Below, in pieces: positions 9,323-16,977 of a stretch of 64,000 nucleotides of DNA; positions within the stretch are counted from its first letter, which is position 1, and each line of letters starts with the position of its first letter. The notes below the pieces were generated by a model, which searched no databases, was not told the origin of the DNA, and saw nothing but the letters and a program-made list of their open reading frames with translations. The DNA lies in IMG/VR virus record IMGVR_UViG_3300042939_000511, positions 1 to 64,000 of that record; one strand, 5' to 3'. The DNA is from a virus. The position numbers and the translations under genes are program-made.

Positions 9323-9676
9323 GGTTTGGTTGTAAAAAAGTGGAACAGAAATGTAGGATCAGAATGATGGATACTGAGGGTGTAGCAGGAGAGACTTACT
9401 CTGCTGATGCTTAAACTTGTCTCTGTATTTTTCACCTTGACAGTATCAAATAAGTAACTTGTTATTTAATGACAGACCTGCTTATACTCATGTCATGACT
9501 GATGTGCAGTTTCCTGCGCACAGAACTTTTGCCCCAGTTTTAAAGATGAAACTTCAGGGATATCAAACTTGTTTGGGCTGCTTTTGTTACTAGAAACCTG
9601 TGTAGCTTCTTTTGGGACTTGACTAGTATTTACCCTCTGGAAACTGTGTAGCTTAACTTCACAAAAGCAGCGTTTG

Positions 9677-10126
9677 CTAATAAGTTCTGAGATACTCAAT
9701 GTCAAGAGTCCACTGATGTTGTGAACGAACATTCCATATCAAAAAACTGTGTTGTAAATACTCTGTTGCTTCTTCAAATGTCATTGAGTTAACTTTTTGA
9801 AGTTGCCTGATAACTATATCAAGTTTACCTTTCATCTGTGCTAATCCTGGGTGTTTAACTGCATGACAGTTGGGGCAAAGTGCAATAAGTCCTGTGAGTT
9901 TTTGTACATGATTGTGATCATCATACTGCCATATCTCATGACATTCAACAGGATGCTTGTGGTGTTGGTTAAGACCTGTGTCACCACAGATTTCACAAAC
10001 ATAACCGGCGTTCTGATAGCACTTTTTGCGTATCCGGTCCCATTCTTCTTTAGAAACATTAGACCTTACATTGGTATACCACGCAGTTTTGGGTACTAAC
10101 TCTATAGTAAGTGGATACTGTGTCAT
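9677..10126 (-). CDS. HNH endonuclease
   Basis: CEICGDTG..NQHHKHP..H..CPNCHAVKH carries a Cys4 zinc site plus the HNH His/Asn motif. Confidence 0.65.
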   Translation of the reverse strand: MTQYPLTIELVPKTAWYTNVRSNVSKEEWDRIRKKCYQNAGYVCEICGDTGLNQHHKHPVECHEIWQYDDHNHVQKLTGLIALCPNCHAVKHPGLAQMKGKLDIVIRQLQKVNSMTFEEATEYLQHSFLIWNVRSQHQWTLDIEYLRTY

Positions 10127-10290
10127 GTGTCAGTGTTTTGAGATTTAGACTTAGATCTGTCATACACTTTAGCAGAAGGTTTACTACGCGTGATCATCTT
10201 ACGCCGTATAATCTGTGCAATGTGTCTTATAGACAAACCTTGTTGCCAGTCTGGTGTATCTTTTGTCATTGGTTTTGCTTTAGTTAGTTG

Positions 10291-10974
10291 TTAGTAAATG
10301 TATTTGCCTACCAATTGAGTGTGGCCTTCGGGGGTGGAGATTTCCTTGTGTACCTTTTTCAAAGGACAGGTAGGTATTTCTTCTCTGATGCTTTCATATT
10401 GAGCCTTATCACATTTGACCCAATCAGCATCCTTGTAAAACTCTTTGCTTGACATATAAAAATACTCAATCTCACACTCAAACGCCACAGGCATCTTAGG
10501 TTGTGAGAGGGATTGGATAATCCATTTAACATATTCTTCATATTCTTCATCATTTACTTCACCCATAGCTGAACCATCTCGAACTGCCATCCTAATATCC
10601 TCCTCTGTGTACTTGTACTTTTCTTTGGCTTTGTTGTAACCTCTTTTGTAATCAAATGCTGATGTGCCATCTTTGTTACCAATACTTTCTCCATATTCTT
10701 TTGCTAATTCATCAACATCATCTTCTTGTTCAAATGGTGGTAACAAGTCCACTCCTTCAAGGATTGGTGAGTTGTTGAGTGGTAGGTGGGTGATTACTTT
10801 TTTTAATCCCTTGTTCAAATGGTGACCGTTTTTTTCACCTAAATACTGACTTGGAAGGTTTCCTAAAAATAAGTTCCCAAAATCATCAAACATTAAACAG
10901 TAATCTCCCTCCTTAATCTCTGAATCATCAACCACCAACAGGTAATTAGGTGTGTGAATTAGTTTGTGTGTCAT
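10291..10974 (-). CDS. hypothetical protein, paralogue of 10976..11647 (start moved to internal Met)
   Basis: MTHKLIHTPNYLLVVDDSEIKEGDY aligns with MKNIHLLPTDNYAPLV..EEIKEGDW of the neighbouring gene. Using this Met removes the overlap. Confidence 0.5.
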   Translation of the reverse strand: MTHKLIHTPNYLLVVDDSEIKEGDYCLMFDDFGNLFLGNLPSQYLGEKNGHHLNKGLKKVITHLPLNNSPILEGVDLLPPFEQEDDVDELAKEYGESIGNKDGTSAFDYKRGYNKAKEKYKYTEEDIRMAVRDGSAMGEVNDEEYEEYVKWIIQSLSQPKMPVAFECEIEYFYMSSKEFYKDADWVKCDKAQYESIREEIPTCPLKKVHKEISTPEGHTQLVGKYIY

Positions 10975-10975
10975 C

Positions 10976-11647
10976 TTATTTCTTTTTAAATTGTTCAAAC
11001 CATCTTTCACAGTGTTCATTTTTCAAATCTAATTCTTGTACAGGACTTCCATATCCTATATTAAAACCAATTTTAAAAGCACTTTTTAATTCTTCCCCAC
11101 TATACATTCTTTCTTGCATCCATTTAGCACCTTTTAAAAATGCCTCTTCAGTATCTGATGCTTTTTCAAAGCCTAACTGACCGCGTTTAAAATATTCGTG
11201 TGCGGCTTCTTCAAGTGTTTCTTGTTTAGGTTCTTCTTTTGGAATGATTATTTTGTAATCATAAGGTTCCTCAGGCATATACCCATATTTCTCAATCTCA
11301 ACCTCCTCACAACTTGGATTCTTGACAAACCATTCTAAAAACTCATCGTCAATAGCTTGTACACCATCTTTGATTAGGTCTTGGTCTGTTGTTAGGATGA
11401 TTTTTTTGTACCAAAATTTACTATCATGTTTTTTAGAATCATATTGAACTATATAAATGTACTCAAAGTTAAAAACCCAATCTCCTTCTTTAATTTCTTC
11501 ATTAGAAGTGATGTAGATGTGTTGATAAGAATCACCCATTTCTTTCATTGGTGAATAATGCTCACTCTTAAAGTATCCACCATATTTATTTGTTGAATGG
11601 ACTAATGGCGCATAATTGTCTGTTGGCAATAGATGTATGTTTTTCAT
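10976..11647 (-). CDS. hypothetical protein, paralogue of 10291..10974
   Basis: Shared N-terminal domain with the adjacent gene. Confidence 0.5.
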   Translation of the reverse strand: MKNIHLLPTDNYAPLVHSTNKYGGYFKSEHYSPMKEMGDSYQHIYITSNEEIKEGDWVFNFEYIYIVQYDSKKHDSKFWYKKIILTTDQDLIKDGVQAIDDEFLEWFVKNPSCEEVEIEKYGYMPEEPYDYKIIIPKEEPKQETLEEAAHEYFKRGQLGFEKASDTEEAFLKGAKWMQERMYSGEELKSAFKIGFNIGYGSPVQELDLKNEHCERWFEQFKKK

Positions 11648-11648
11648 T

Positions 11649-12020
11649 TTATTTGTTTTTCACAATTTCAATTAGTTTGATTAGACAAGCAAGTTCTGCT
11701 TCTTCGTAGGTATGAAAGTATGCTGCATACTGAGTGCTAGTATGTTCACCTGATAATACCCAACAAAATGTAGATTTATTACCTAACTCCATTGTTATCC
11801 AAGAGTACAATTCATACTTCTCTCTAAACCATCTGAATGCTTGTGAGAATGTTGGTGCTAAAACAGTATGCCCCCCTCGTGCATGATGAACTTTGCAATC
11901 ACAAACTGTAAATTCTTTAGTTGCATGGTAGTAAGCTCCTAGGTAAGGTTCATCAAATCCAAGTTCTTTAAGTGCCAAGGCTTGTTCGTAGGGGACAAAT
12001 TCTTTTTCTAAAATGTTCAT
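11649..12020 (-). CDS. hypothetical protein
   Basis: 123-aa ORF, 1-nt spacing to the upstream gene. Confidence 0.5.
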   Translation of the reverse strand: MNILEKEFVPYEQALALKELGFDEPYLGAYYHATKEFTVCDCKVHHARGGHTVLAPTFSQAFRWFREKYELYSWITMELGNKSTFCWVLSGEHTSTQYAAYFHTYEEAELACLIKLIEIVKNK

Positions 12021-12091
12021 AATAAGTTTTTTAAAGTCTACTTGATATTAGTTTTACAAGCTTCTTTTGTTTACAGTTTCATTGGTTGGTT

Positions 12092-12295
12092 TCAAGGGTT
12101 CATAGTTTGAAACAATTTGTACTTATCACAACTGTCATTGATCTTTTTGACTTGTGGACCAAAACCATTGCTGCGTGAAAGCACATACTCACAAGTGCTG
12201 TCGTTTATGTTACGCACATTTACAACTTTGTAAGGGCGTTTGTTCTCACAACTTGTGATAAACAAGCTTGTCAGAAAGATGAAAAGGTTTTTCAT
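12092..12295 (-). CDS. small secreted/lipoprotein
   Basis: 67 aa. Signal peptide with lipobox-like LFITSC. Confidence 0.45.
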   Translation of the reverse strand: MKNLFIFLTSLFITSCENKRPYKVVNVRNINDSTCEYVLSRSNGFGPQVKKINDSCDKYKLFQTMNP

Positions 12296-12330
12296 GATAA
12301 GTGATGTTTTAAGTTTAAACTATACAAGTT

Positions 12331-12374
12331 TTAACAACAACAAGTGAGGTGCCTGGGTATGAGAAGCCAGACAC
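12331..12374 (-). terminator. long imperfect hairpin at the 3' (minus-sense) end of the ORF-free RNA locus
   Basis: CAAGTGAGGTGCCTGG...CCAGACACCTTGCACTTG forms nested inverted repeats. On the minus strand it is followed by TTGTTGTTAAAAC. Confidence 0.35.
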
Positions 12375-12392
12375 CTTGCACTTGCCGCGTTC

Positions 12393-12452
12393 CCTCTGCA
12401 CTCAGTTGTAACCTATGTTTGTTATATAGGAAGTCATTGCCTTTATATGGCA
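12393..12452. ncRNA. three-stem structured element R1 (outer 9-bp stem CAGTTGTAA/TTACAACTG enclosing two hairpins)
   Basis: Inverted repeats read directly. The flanking 23-mer TCCCTCTGCACTCAGTTGTAAC and TTACAACTGCTCAC both recur at 14661-14849. Confidence 0.4.
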
Positions 12453-12499
12453 TTTACAACTGCTCACCCTTGGGAGACTGACTAAGTATTATTACAGGT

Positions 12500-12546
12500 G
12501 CTCTACTCGCCACCACTATTTCAGGTTCGATACCTGCTTACAGAGC
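12500..12546 (+). ncRNA. tRNA-like minihelix (GCTCT...AGAGC stem + T-arm mimic CAGG-TTCGATA-CCTG)
   Basis: A T-loop-like TTCGATA hairpin on the plus strand, closed by a 5-bp stem. No D or anticodon arms. Confidence 0.25.
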
Positions 12547-12732
12547 TTAATCAGTGTGGTTTCACATCTTATGATTGGGGCATCCTGGTACTAAAACCTT
12601 TACTACCCACTTTTTATGCAGCACGCTTTACAGCGTCATAAGAAGTCTTTATATCCACGTGAGTTGTGGTGCATTAAACGCGTGTCTTTCCACGCTGTCA
12701 CCACGTTTGTTGTCTTAGTGTGGTTAACTTAG

Positions 12733-12867
12733 TAGTCAGGACAGGATTCGAACCTGTGGTGCAAGTTATTAGGTGAAGTAATACTCTTCATTCATCAGAC
12801 TGAGCTGAACCTCTCATTACCTTGCCGACTTGTAGTAGTTGCGTCTAACCAATTCCGCCACCTGACT
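12733..12867 (-). ncRNA. split tRNA-like element, copy 1 (135 nt)
   Basis: On the minus strand a 5' AGTCAGG-TG-GCGG-AATTGGTTAG-ACGC segment (acceptor plus D-arm-like) is paired with 3' ACAGG-TTCGAAT-CCTGT-CCTGACT-A (canonical T-arm plus complementary acceptor). The roughly 100-nt body between them has no recognisable anticodon arm. Confidence 0.4.
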
Positions 12868-13081
12868 ATGTGCCTCACCCTGAGATTTGGGGTGAGTAGA
12901 TGTTTACAGTTTTTTGCTTTCAAAAAACCCAAAGTGTCTTACCACTTAAAAAAGTCAACACTACTGGGAGGAGTTGTGTCGCTCTCCTTTGTTCCCATGA
13001 TGTCCCACTCGCGCCGTAGACATTCTGCGGGTTCATTGTTTAAGTCTTGAACCAAAGACTCTGAGTATCTCTTACTCATTG

Positions 13082-13281
13082 CAGTCAGGATAGGATTTGA
13101 ACCTATATGCCATTTGTGGTTTTCTCTTACTACTGTTGCAACAGTACCACCAGCGTTTTGCAAATTCTGCATGTTGTCCGCTTACGTCTAACATACAATA
13201 TCAACCTTGCGGGTCAATCTTCGCGTCTACCATATCCAGCACATACTATTACTCTTTGTGCTTTCATTCCGCCACCTGACT
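13082..13281 (-). ncRNA. split tRNA-like element, copy 2 (200 nt)
   Basis: Same 5' AGTCAGGTGGCGGAAT and 3' ATAGG-TTCAAAT-CCTAT-CCTGACT-G ends as copy 1, around a longer diverged body. Both copies share TAGACGC and GCAAGGT blocks. Confidence 0.35.
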
Positions 13282-13519
13282 ATGTTTAGGGTGAGAAACC
13301 CTTTGTGTTGTGCACGGGAAAATTCTAATGCAATTCATCTCACTCCTTTCTCAAGGGAACAACACAATGTCTAAAAACAACTACAGTGCTACGTTTCAAG
13401 TGGCTTGTTAAGCCTTCGTAGGTACAATAAGGTGATCAACCCTCGTAAATACCCTTCATGCACTGCAGTTGTTTTAGACAAAAGCATACTTTAACCAGTA
13501 TGCCAGTGGTAGGTCAAAC

Positions 13520-13885
13520 CTAAACTAGGTTTTTGGTTACCTCTGCTCTTTCAGCAGGAGTAAGTCTTGTGAACAGCGTTCTGACAAATGAGACAAGCTG
13601 AATGTTGTGGTCACGCATGTTTGTTTCTGTTTGTTTTACACTAGCACGATCTGTTGCAGTTCTTTTCTGCACGCTACCGGCAGTGACACTTGTGGGCTTC
13701 AGATTTGTGTAGTAGCGAATGGCAATAGCTTGTGGACTGCGGTTTGTAAGAAATGCTGCTTTAGCAAATGCTTGGTACAATGTTTTGTGCTTTTTGCGTT
13801 TGCCTACAATGGACATTACAAGCGTTTCTTGTTCTGGTGTCCAGAAGCGAGGGTGCATTAATTTTGAGCTGGTAGGATTTTTCAC
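13520..13885 (-). CDS. Myb/SANT-like DNA-binding domain protein
   Basis: RFWTPEQETLVMSIV..KTLYQAFAKAAFLTNRSPQAIAIRYY fits the W-x-EE..L...W/F..IA...R..QC..R SANT pattern. Confidence 0.4.
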   Translation of the reverse strand: MKNPTSSKLMHPRFWTPEQETLVMSIVGKRKKHKTLYQAFAKAAFLTNRSPQAIAIRYYTNLKPTSVTAGSVQKRTATDRASVKQTETNMRDHNIQLVSFVRTLFTRLTPAERAEVTKNLV

Positions 13886-13899
13886 AGGGTTTGTAAATT

Positions 13900-14151
13900 T
13901 TAAGGTTGTAAAATAAAAAAGCCAATTTTGTCTAACGCGTCACCTGGGTCGTTGTCTATGACAACATACTCATCACCATCAAGGTCCTCAAAAATAGACG
14001 CTAAAGTGTAACCATTGTCTTTGTAATGGGTAGCAGTAGAGCATTCTTCAGGACAAAACAGTCTGAAATTGCCAGTTTCAGAGTCATCTTCATGAAGTTT
14101 TACCAGTTGAGAACCGTGTTGTTTAAAGAACTCATCAACAGTCATTGTCAT
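13900..14151 (-). CDS. hypothetical protein
   Basis: 83-aa ORF. Confidence 0.4.
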   Translation of the reverse strand: MTMTVDEFFKQHGSQLVKLHEDDSETGNFRLFCPEECSTATHYKDNGYTLASIFEDLDGDEYVVIDNDPGDALDKIGFFILQP

Positions 14152-14404
14152 CAGGTAAACTTTTAGGGTGTGAATTTTGATCGCGCAGTTTTTTGATGCA
14201 AAAATCCAGGTTGAGTTTGTAAGTCTCTAACTTCATGAGCATGGATGAATCAGTGCATTCAGCCATGTCATACTCAACCCACTCTTTCATATCCTCAAGG
14301 GTATTAAGAACCTCATAATCAACATAGGCTTTAATACCAAAAGAGGACAAGCTTATCACACTAACAAAAAGTGTGAGAGATACAAATAGTTTTTTAAGGT
14401 TCAT
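14135..14404 (-). CDS. small secreted protein
   Basis: 89 aa with an N-terminal signal peptide (LFVSLTLFVSVISLSSFG). Confidence 0.45.
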   Translation of the reverse strand: MNLKKLFVSLTLFVSVISLSSFGIKAYVDYEVLNTLEDMKEWVEYDMAECTDSSMLMKLETYKLNLDFCIKKLRDQNSHPKSLPDDNDC

Positions 14405-14660
14405 GTTAATTACAAGGTTTTAGTTGTCAAAATGATACAAGTAGAAATTTAGAGTACCAACGCCAGACACACCAACGCCGCTCGTTGGTCTGCTTTTATC
14501 GTTTGATTGTAGTTTACACAGACAAGATGACGGTAATATCATCCTTGTTAACAGGTCTGCATAAACCAGAGGAGAGGGGCGGAACTATTTTTCTCACAGC
14601 TCTGCCTGGCGCGGGTGACTCTAATGCTTCTACAGGGAGAGAGAAGATAAGAAGATATCT

Positions 14661-14849
14661 CCCTCTACACTCAGTTGTAACAAGTGGCACCCATTTGCAG
14701 GTAGGTGTTCTCCAATGGTTTCCTATTACAGCATACGTTCTGTAATATTCCCTGCTTGTTCTTGTTACAACTGGTTGTAATAGTTTTAGTCCTGTTTACA
14801 ATAACTACTAAGATGGGACTCTACAATACCCACATTACAACTGCTCACT
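14661..14849. repeat. structured repeat R2, an expanded version of R1
   Basis: TCCCTCTACACTCAGTTGTAAC (14661-14682), its 10-bp partner GTTACAACTG (14765-14774), and TTACAACTGCTCAC (14836-14849). These are 22/23 identical to the R1 ends at 12381-12457. Confidence 0.4.
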
Positions 14850-15090
14850 GATGTCAGTTAGTGCATGAGAAAGACTCTTTATGGCAAAAACTGATAGGTT
14901 ATAGCCATTTAGTGTCAAAATTTGTGCGTTCTGAGAAGTTTTTGAGGTGATCAAGAGGATGAGGAGGGGTGTGCTACCACTCACATAACTCCTTGCTCAT
15001 CAATAACTTACTGAACACTTACGTGTCAAAAAAGCAACTGAGAAAGCGCTGTGTAAATACAGCAACTTTCTCAGAAACTTGTTCAAGTGC

Positions 15091-15582
15091 TTAGAGACTT
15101 GCGTTCTTAGCACTACGTGCAGCGTTAAACTCACGCACAGCATCTGTATTATTATGCTGTACATAGACGTCGTGGTCTTGACCTGTTGCGTCATACACAG
15201 AAAATCTGATGATGCGCTCGCCGTCTACACAGAGTTCTACGCCGTCCTGACCTGCGCGTTTGACAAAGCTGTCAAGTGCTTCAGAAGCAGGTAGACTCTT
15301 ATTGGCAAACTGCTCAAAGAGACTCTCAGGGACTTCGCTCTCCAAGTACTCTTTGATAACGATGTGTCCGGGAAGCGACAGTGTCTTGTTAGACTGCACA
15401 AAACGCTGCAGCACGTCGCACTTAGCGCGCAACAGGGTGCTACGCTTGCGTTCTCTGATCCAAGTCCCTTCAGGGATCATAGAGGATTGAGACAATTGTA
15501 GGTAGCCGTACTCAGGTTTGTTTTTGAACGGAGTAATAAGGCTGCCTGTGGTGGAGTTGGGGATGATTTGAACTTGAGACAT
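15091..15582 (-). CDS. hypothetical protein, island paralogue A (start at internal Met MSQVQII)
   Basis: MSQVQIIPNSTTGSLITPF..YLQL..LLRAK..LPGHIVIKEYLE..KRAGQDGV aligns along its full length with 15835..16335. The upstream motif lies about 38 nt before this ATG. Confidence 0.55.
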   Translation of the reverse strand: MSQVQIIPNSTTGSLITPFKNKPEYGYLQLSQSSMIPEGTWIRERKRSTLLRAKCDVLQRFVQSNKTLSLPGHIVIKEYLESEVPESLFEQFANKSLPASEALDSFVKRAGQDGVELCVDGERIIRFSVYDATGQDHDVYVQHNNTDAVREFNAARSAKNASL

Positions 15583-15616
15583 AGGTAAAAAGTTTGGTTT
15601 TAAGTGTGAATTGATG

Positions 15617-15632
15617 GGGGGGTTGAAGGTTG
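15617..15632 (-). promoter_or_regulatory. island upstream motif GGGGGGTTGAAGGTTG (copy upstream of paralogue A; a second copy at 15668-15683)
   Basis: The motif recurs 33-48 nt upstream of three island genes. Confidence 0.4.
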
Positions 15633-15834
15633 TCTGTACTAAGTCTGTTCTCAGAGTTGTACTCAAAGGGGGTTTGAGGGTTGTACTGAGAGGTTACTCA
15701 GGAAAAAACTGACACCCTCGTGATTTGCATGCATGCACAAGAGCACTTTCTTGATTTGTGGTTGAGAAAAAACTGACCTGACTTGCACCAAGGCTGGGAG
15801 ACGAATCTCCCAACCTGGTGTGTCAAGTTCAGCG

Positions 15835-16335
15835 TTACGCAGGCAGTGTGGCACTGTTTGCGTTGACAGCTGCGCGGAACTCTGCGACCTCACTGACATT
15901 GTCGTGGGCAACAGAGATATCAGCCTGCGTGCCAGAGGCATCGTAGTCTGAGAAACGCAGAATGCGCTGACCGTTGTTGGTGAGCGCAACGCCGTCTTTG
16001 CCTGCGCGTTTCAGGAACGGCTGAACAGCCTGCTCATAAGAGAGGTTCTTGTTCAGGCGCGAAGCATAGTTTTCAGGGAGTTCGTCTTCAAGGAACTCGC
16101 GAACAACAATGCGACCTGGCAGCGTGAGCGTTTTGCCGTGCTGTGCTACGAAGCTCTCTAAGACAGAGGTCTTAGCGCGTAGCAATGCACTGCGGCGTTT
16201 TTCCTCCAACCAGCCGCCATCGCGCTGAATCATTTCAACAGACTGCAATTGGAGGTAGCTGTAGTCTGGGTTGCTGTTAAACGGTGTGATAAGAGCACCT
16301 GTCTGAGCATTGGGGGTGATTTGGACCTTGTTCAT
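15835..16335 (-). CDS. hypothetical protein, island paralogue B (GC-rich copy)
   Basis: 166 aa: MNKVQITPNAQTGALITPF..YLQL..LLRAK..LPGRIVVREFLE..KRAGKDGV. GC is clearly higher than the genome average. Confidence 0.6.
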   Translation of the reverse strand: MNKVQITPNAQTGALITPFNSNPDYSYLQLQSVEMIQRDGGWLEEKRRSALLRAKTSVLESFVAQHGKTLTLPGRIVVREFLEDELPENYASRLNKNLSYEQAVQPFLKRAGKDGVALTNNGQRILRFSDYDASGTQADISVAHDNVSEVAEFRAAVNANSATLPA

Positions 16336-16382
16336 GGTAGTTTAAATTAGGGTTTAGTGAAACAAAATGAACTGAATGAAAA

Positions 16383-16397
16383 GGGGGTTGAAGGTTA
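16383..16397 (-). promoter_or_regulatory. island upstream motif GGGGGTTGAAGGTTA (upstream of paralogue B)
   Basis: Same motif, 48 nt from the start codon at 16335. Confidence 0.4.
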
Positions 16398-16424
16398 ATC
16401 AGAGACACAAAAGTTGTGAGAGGA

Positions 16425-16628
16425 CTAATCCTCCCACAACCATGTGCCTACACATGTCAGAAAGCCCATGAACATGAATGAATTCATGAACCACATGGGT
16501 GCTGAGTCGCTGACATCTGTGAATGTCAGACTGCTGGTCAGCATGCTGATAGCGCATGCAACAAATATGTGCCAGATAACCGCCATGGTACCTGAGATGA
16601 GTAGCCATGCAAGTACCTGGACAGGCAT
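16425..16628 (-). CDS. small two-TM membrane protein (start at internal Met MPVQV)
   Basis: The 67-aa hydrophobic product begins about 55 nt downstream (minus sense) of the island motif copy at 16684-16698. The longer 120-aa ORF would contain the motif. Confidence 0.4.
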   Translation of the reverse strand: MPVQVLAWLLISGTMAVIWHIFVACAISMLTSSLTFTDVSDSAPMWFMNSFMFMGFLTCVGTWLWED

Positions 16629-16683
16629 GACGAAATTTTTGATTTTGTACACGAGAATTGGGTTTAGTTGAACAGTGAGGTGG

Positions 16684-16698
16684 GTTGAAGGTTGGTCA
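16684..16698 (-). promoter_or_regulatory. island upstream motif GTGGGTTGAAGGTTG
   Basis: Third copy, upstream of the small membrane protein gene. Confidence 0.35.
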
Positions 16699-16773
16699 AA
16701 CGCTTTAAAGACCAAGAGAGACGCTCCTGTGCAGAGCGTCCCTCCTGTGTCTGCGTTGCAGGTTGGATAACTT

Positions 16774-16977
16774 TTATCCATTGACATTCACGCAGTAGTC
16801 TCTGAAGTAAGCAATGGCTTCCCTCAGAGTCTTAGCAATGATGTCGTGTCCTGCAATGTTCCATGTGTGGTACATAGCGTAAAGGATTTGACCTGCATAC
16901 ACAGGGGGGTTGAGGGTTGTTGTGTTTGGTGGGGGGATGGTTGTCATAGGGACTCCCACCACTCTCATCCACATCAC
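16774..16977 (-). CDS. hypothetical small protein (start uncertain; motif copy 16904-16919 lies inside the long version)
   Basis: 67-aa ORF, GC-rich. May start at the internal MYHTW Met. Confidence 0.3.
   Translation of the reverse strand: MMWMRVVGVPMTTIPPPNTTTLNPPVYAGQILYAMYHTWNIAGHDIIAKTLREAIAYFRDYCVNVNG

Noticed and set aside
12733-13281. Group I intron core. The GACTA...TAGTC strings resemble P7 R/S elements.
   Set aside because: On either strand the order is TAGTC then GACTA, the reverse of R then S. No P4 (P/Q) candidates were found. The strings are just the two halves of the acceptor helix.
12733-13281. tmRNA (one- or two-piece).
   Set aside because: The acceptor stem is AGTCAGG/CCTGACT with no G3-U70 alanine identity pair. 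No resume codon or tag reading frame is visible. The elements are 135 and 200 nt, far shorter than tmRNA.
12733-13281. Prophage att sites, meaning duplicated 3' tRNA fragments from integration.
   Set aside because: No integrase or excisionase lies anywhere in the window. The partner 5' acceptor strand plus D-arm is also present each time, which integration scars would not supply.
15663-15989. 108-aa ORF overlapping island paralogue B in another frame. Also 16399..16608 and 16444..16671.
   Set aside because: They overlap the better-supported paralogue and membrane-peptide genes. The GC-rich sequence generates long spurious ORFs.
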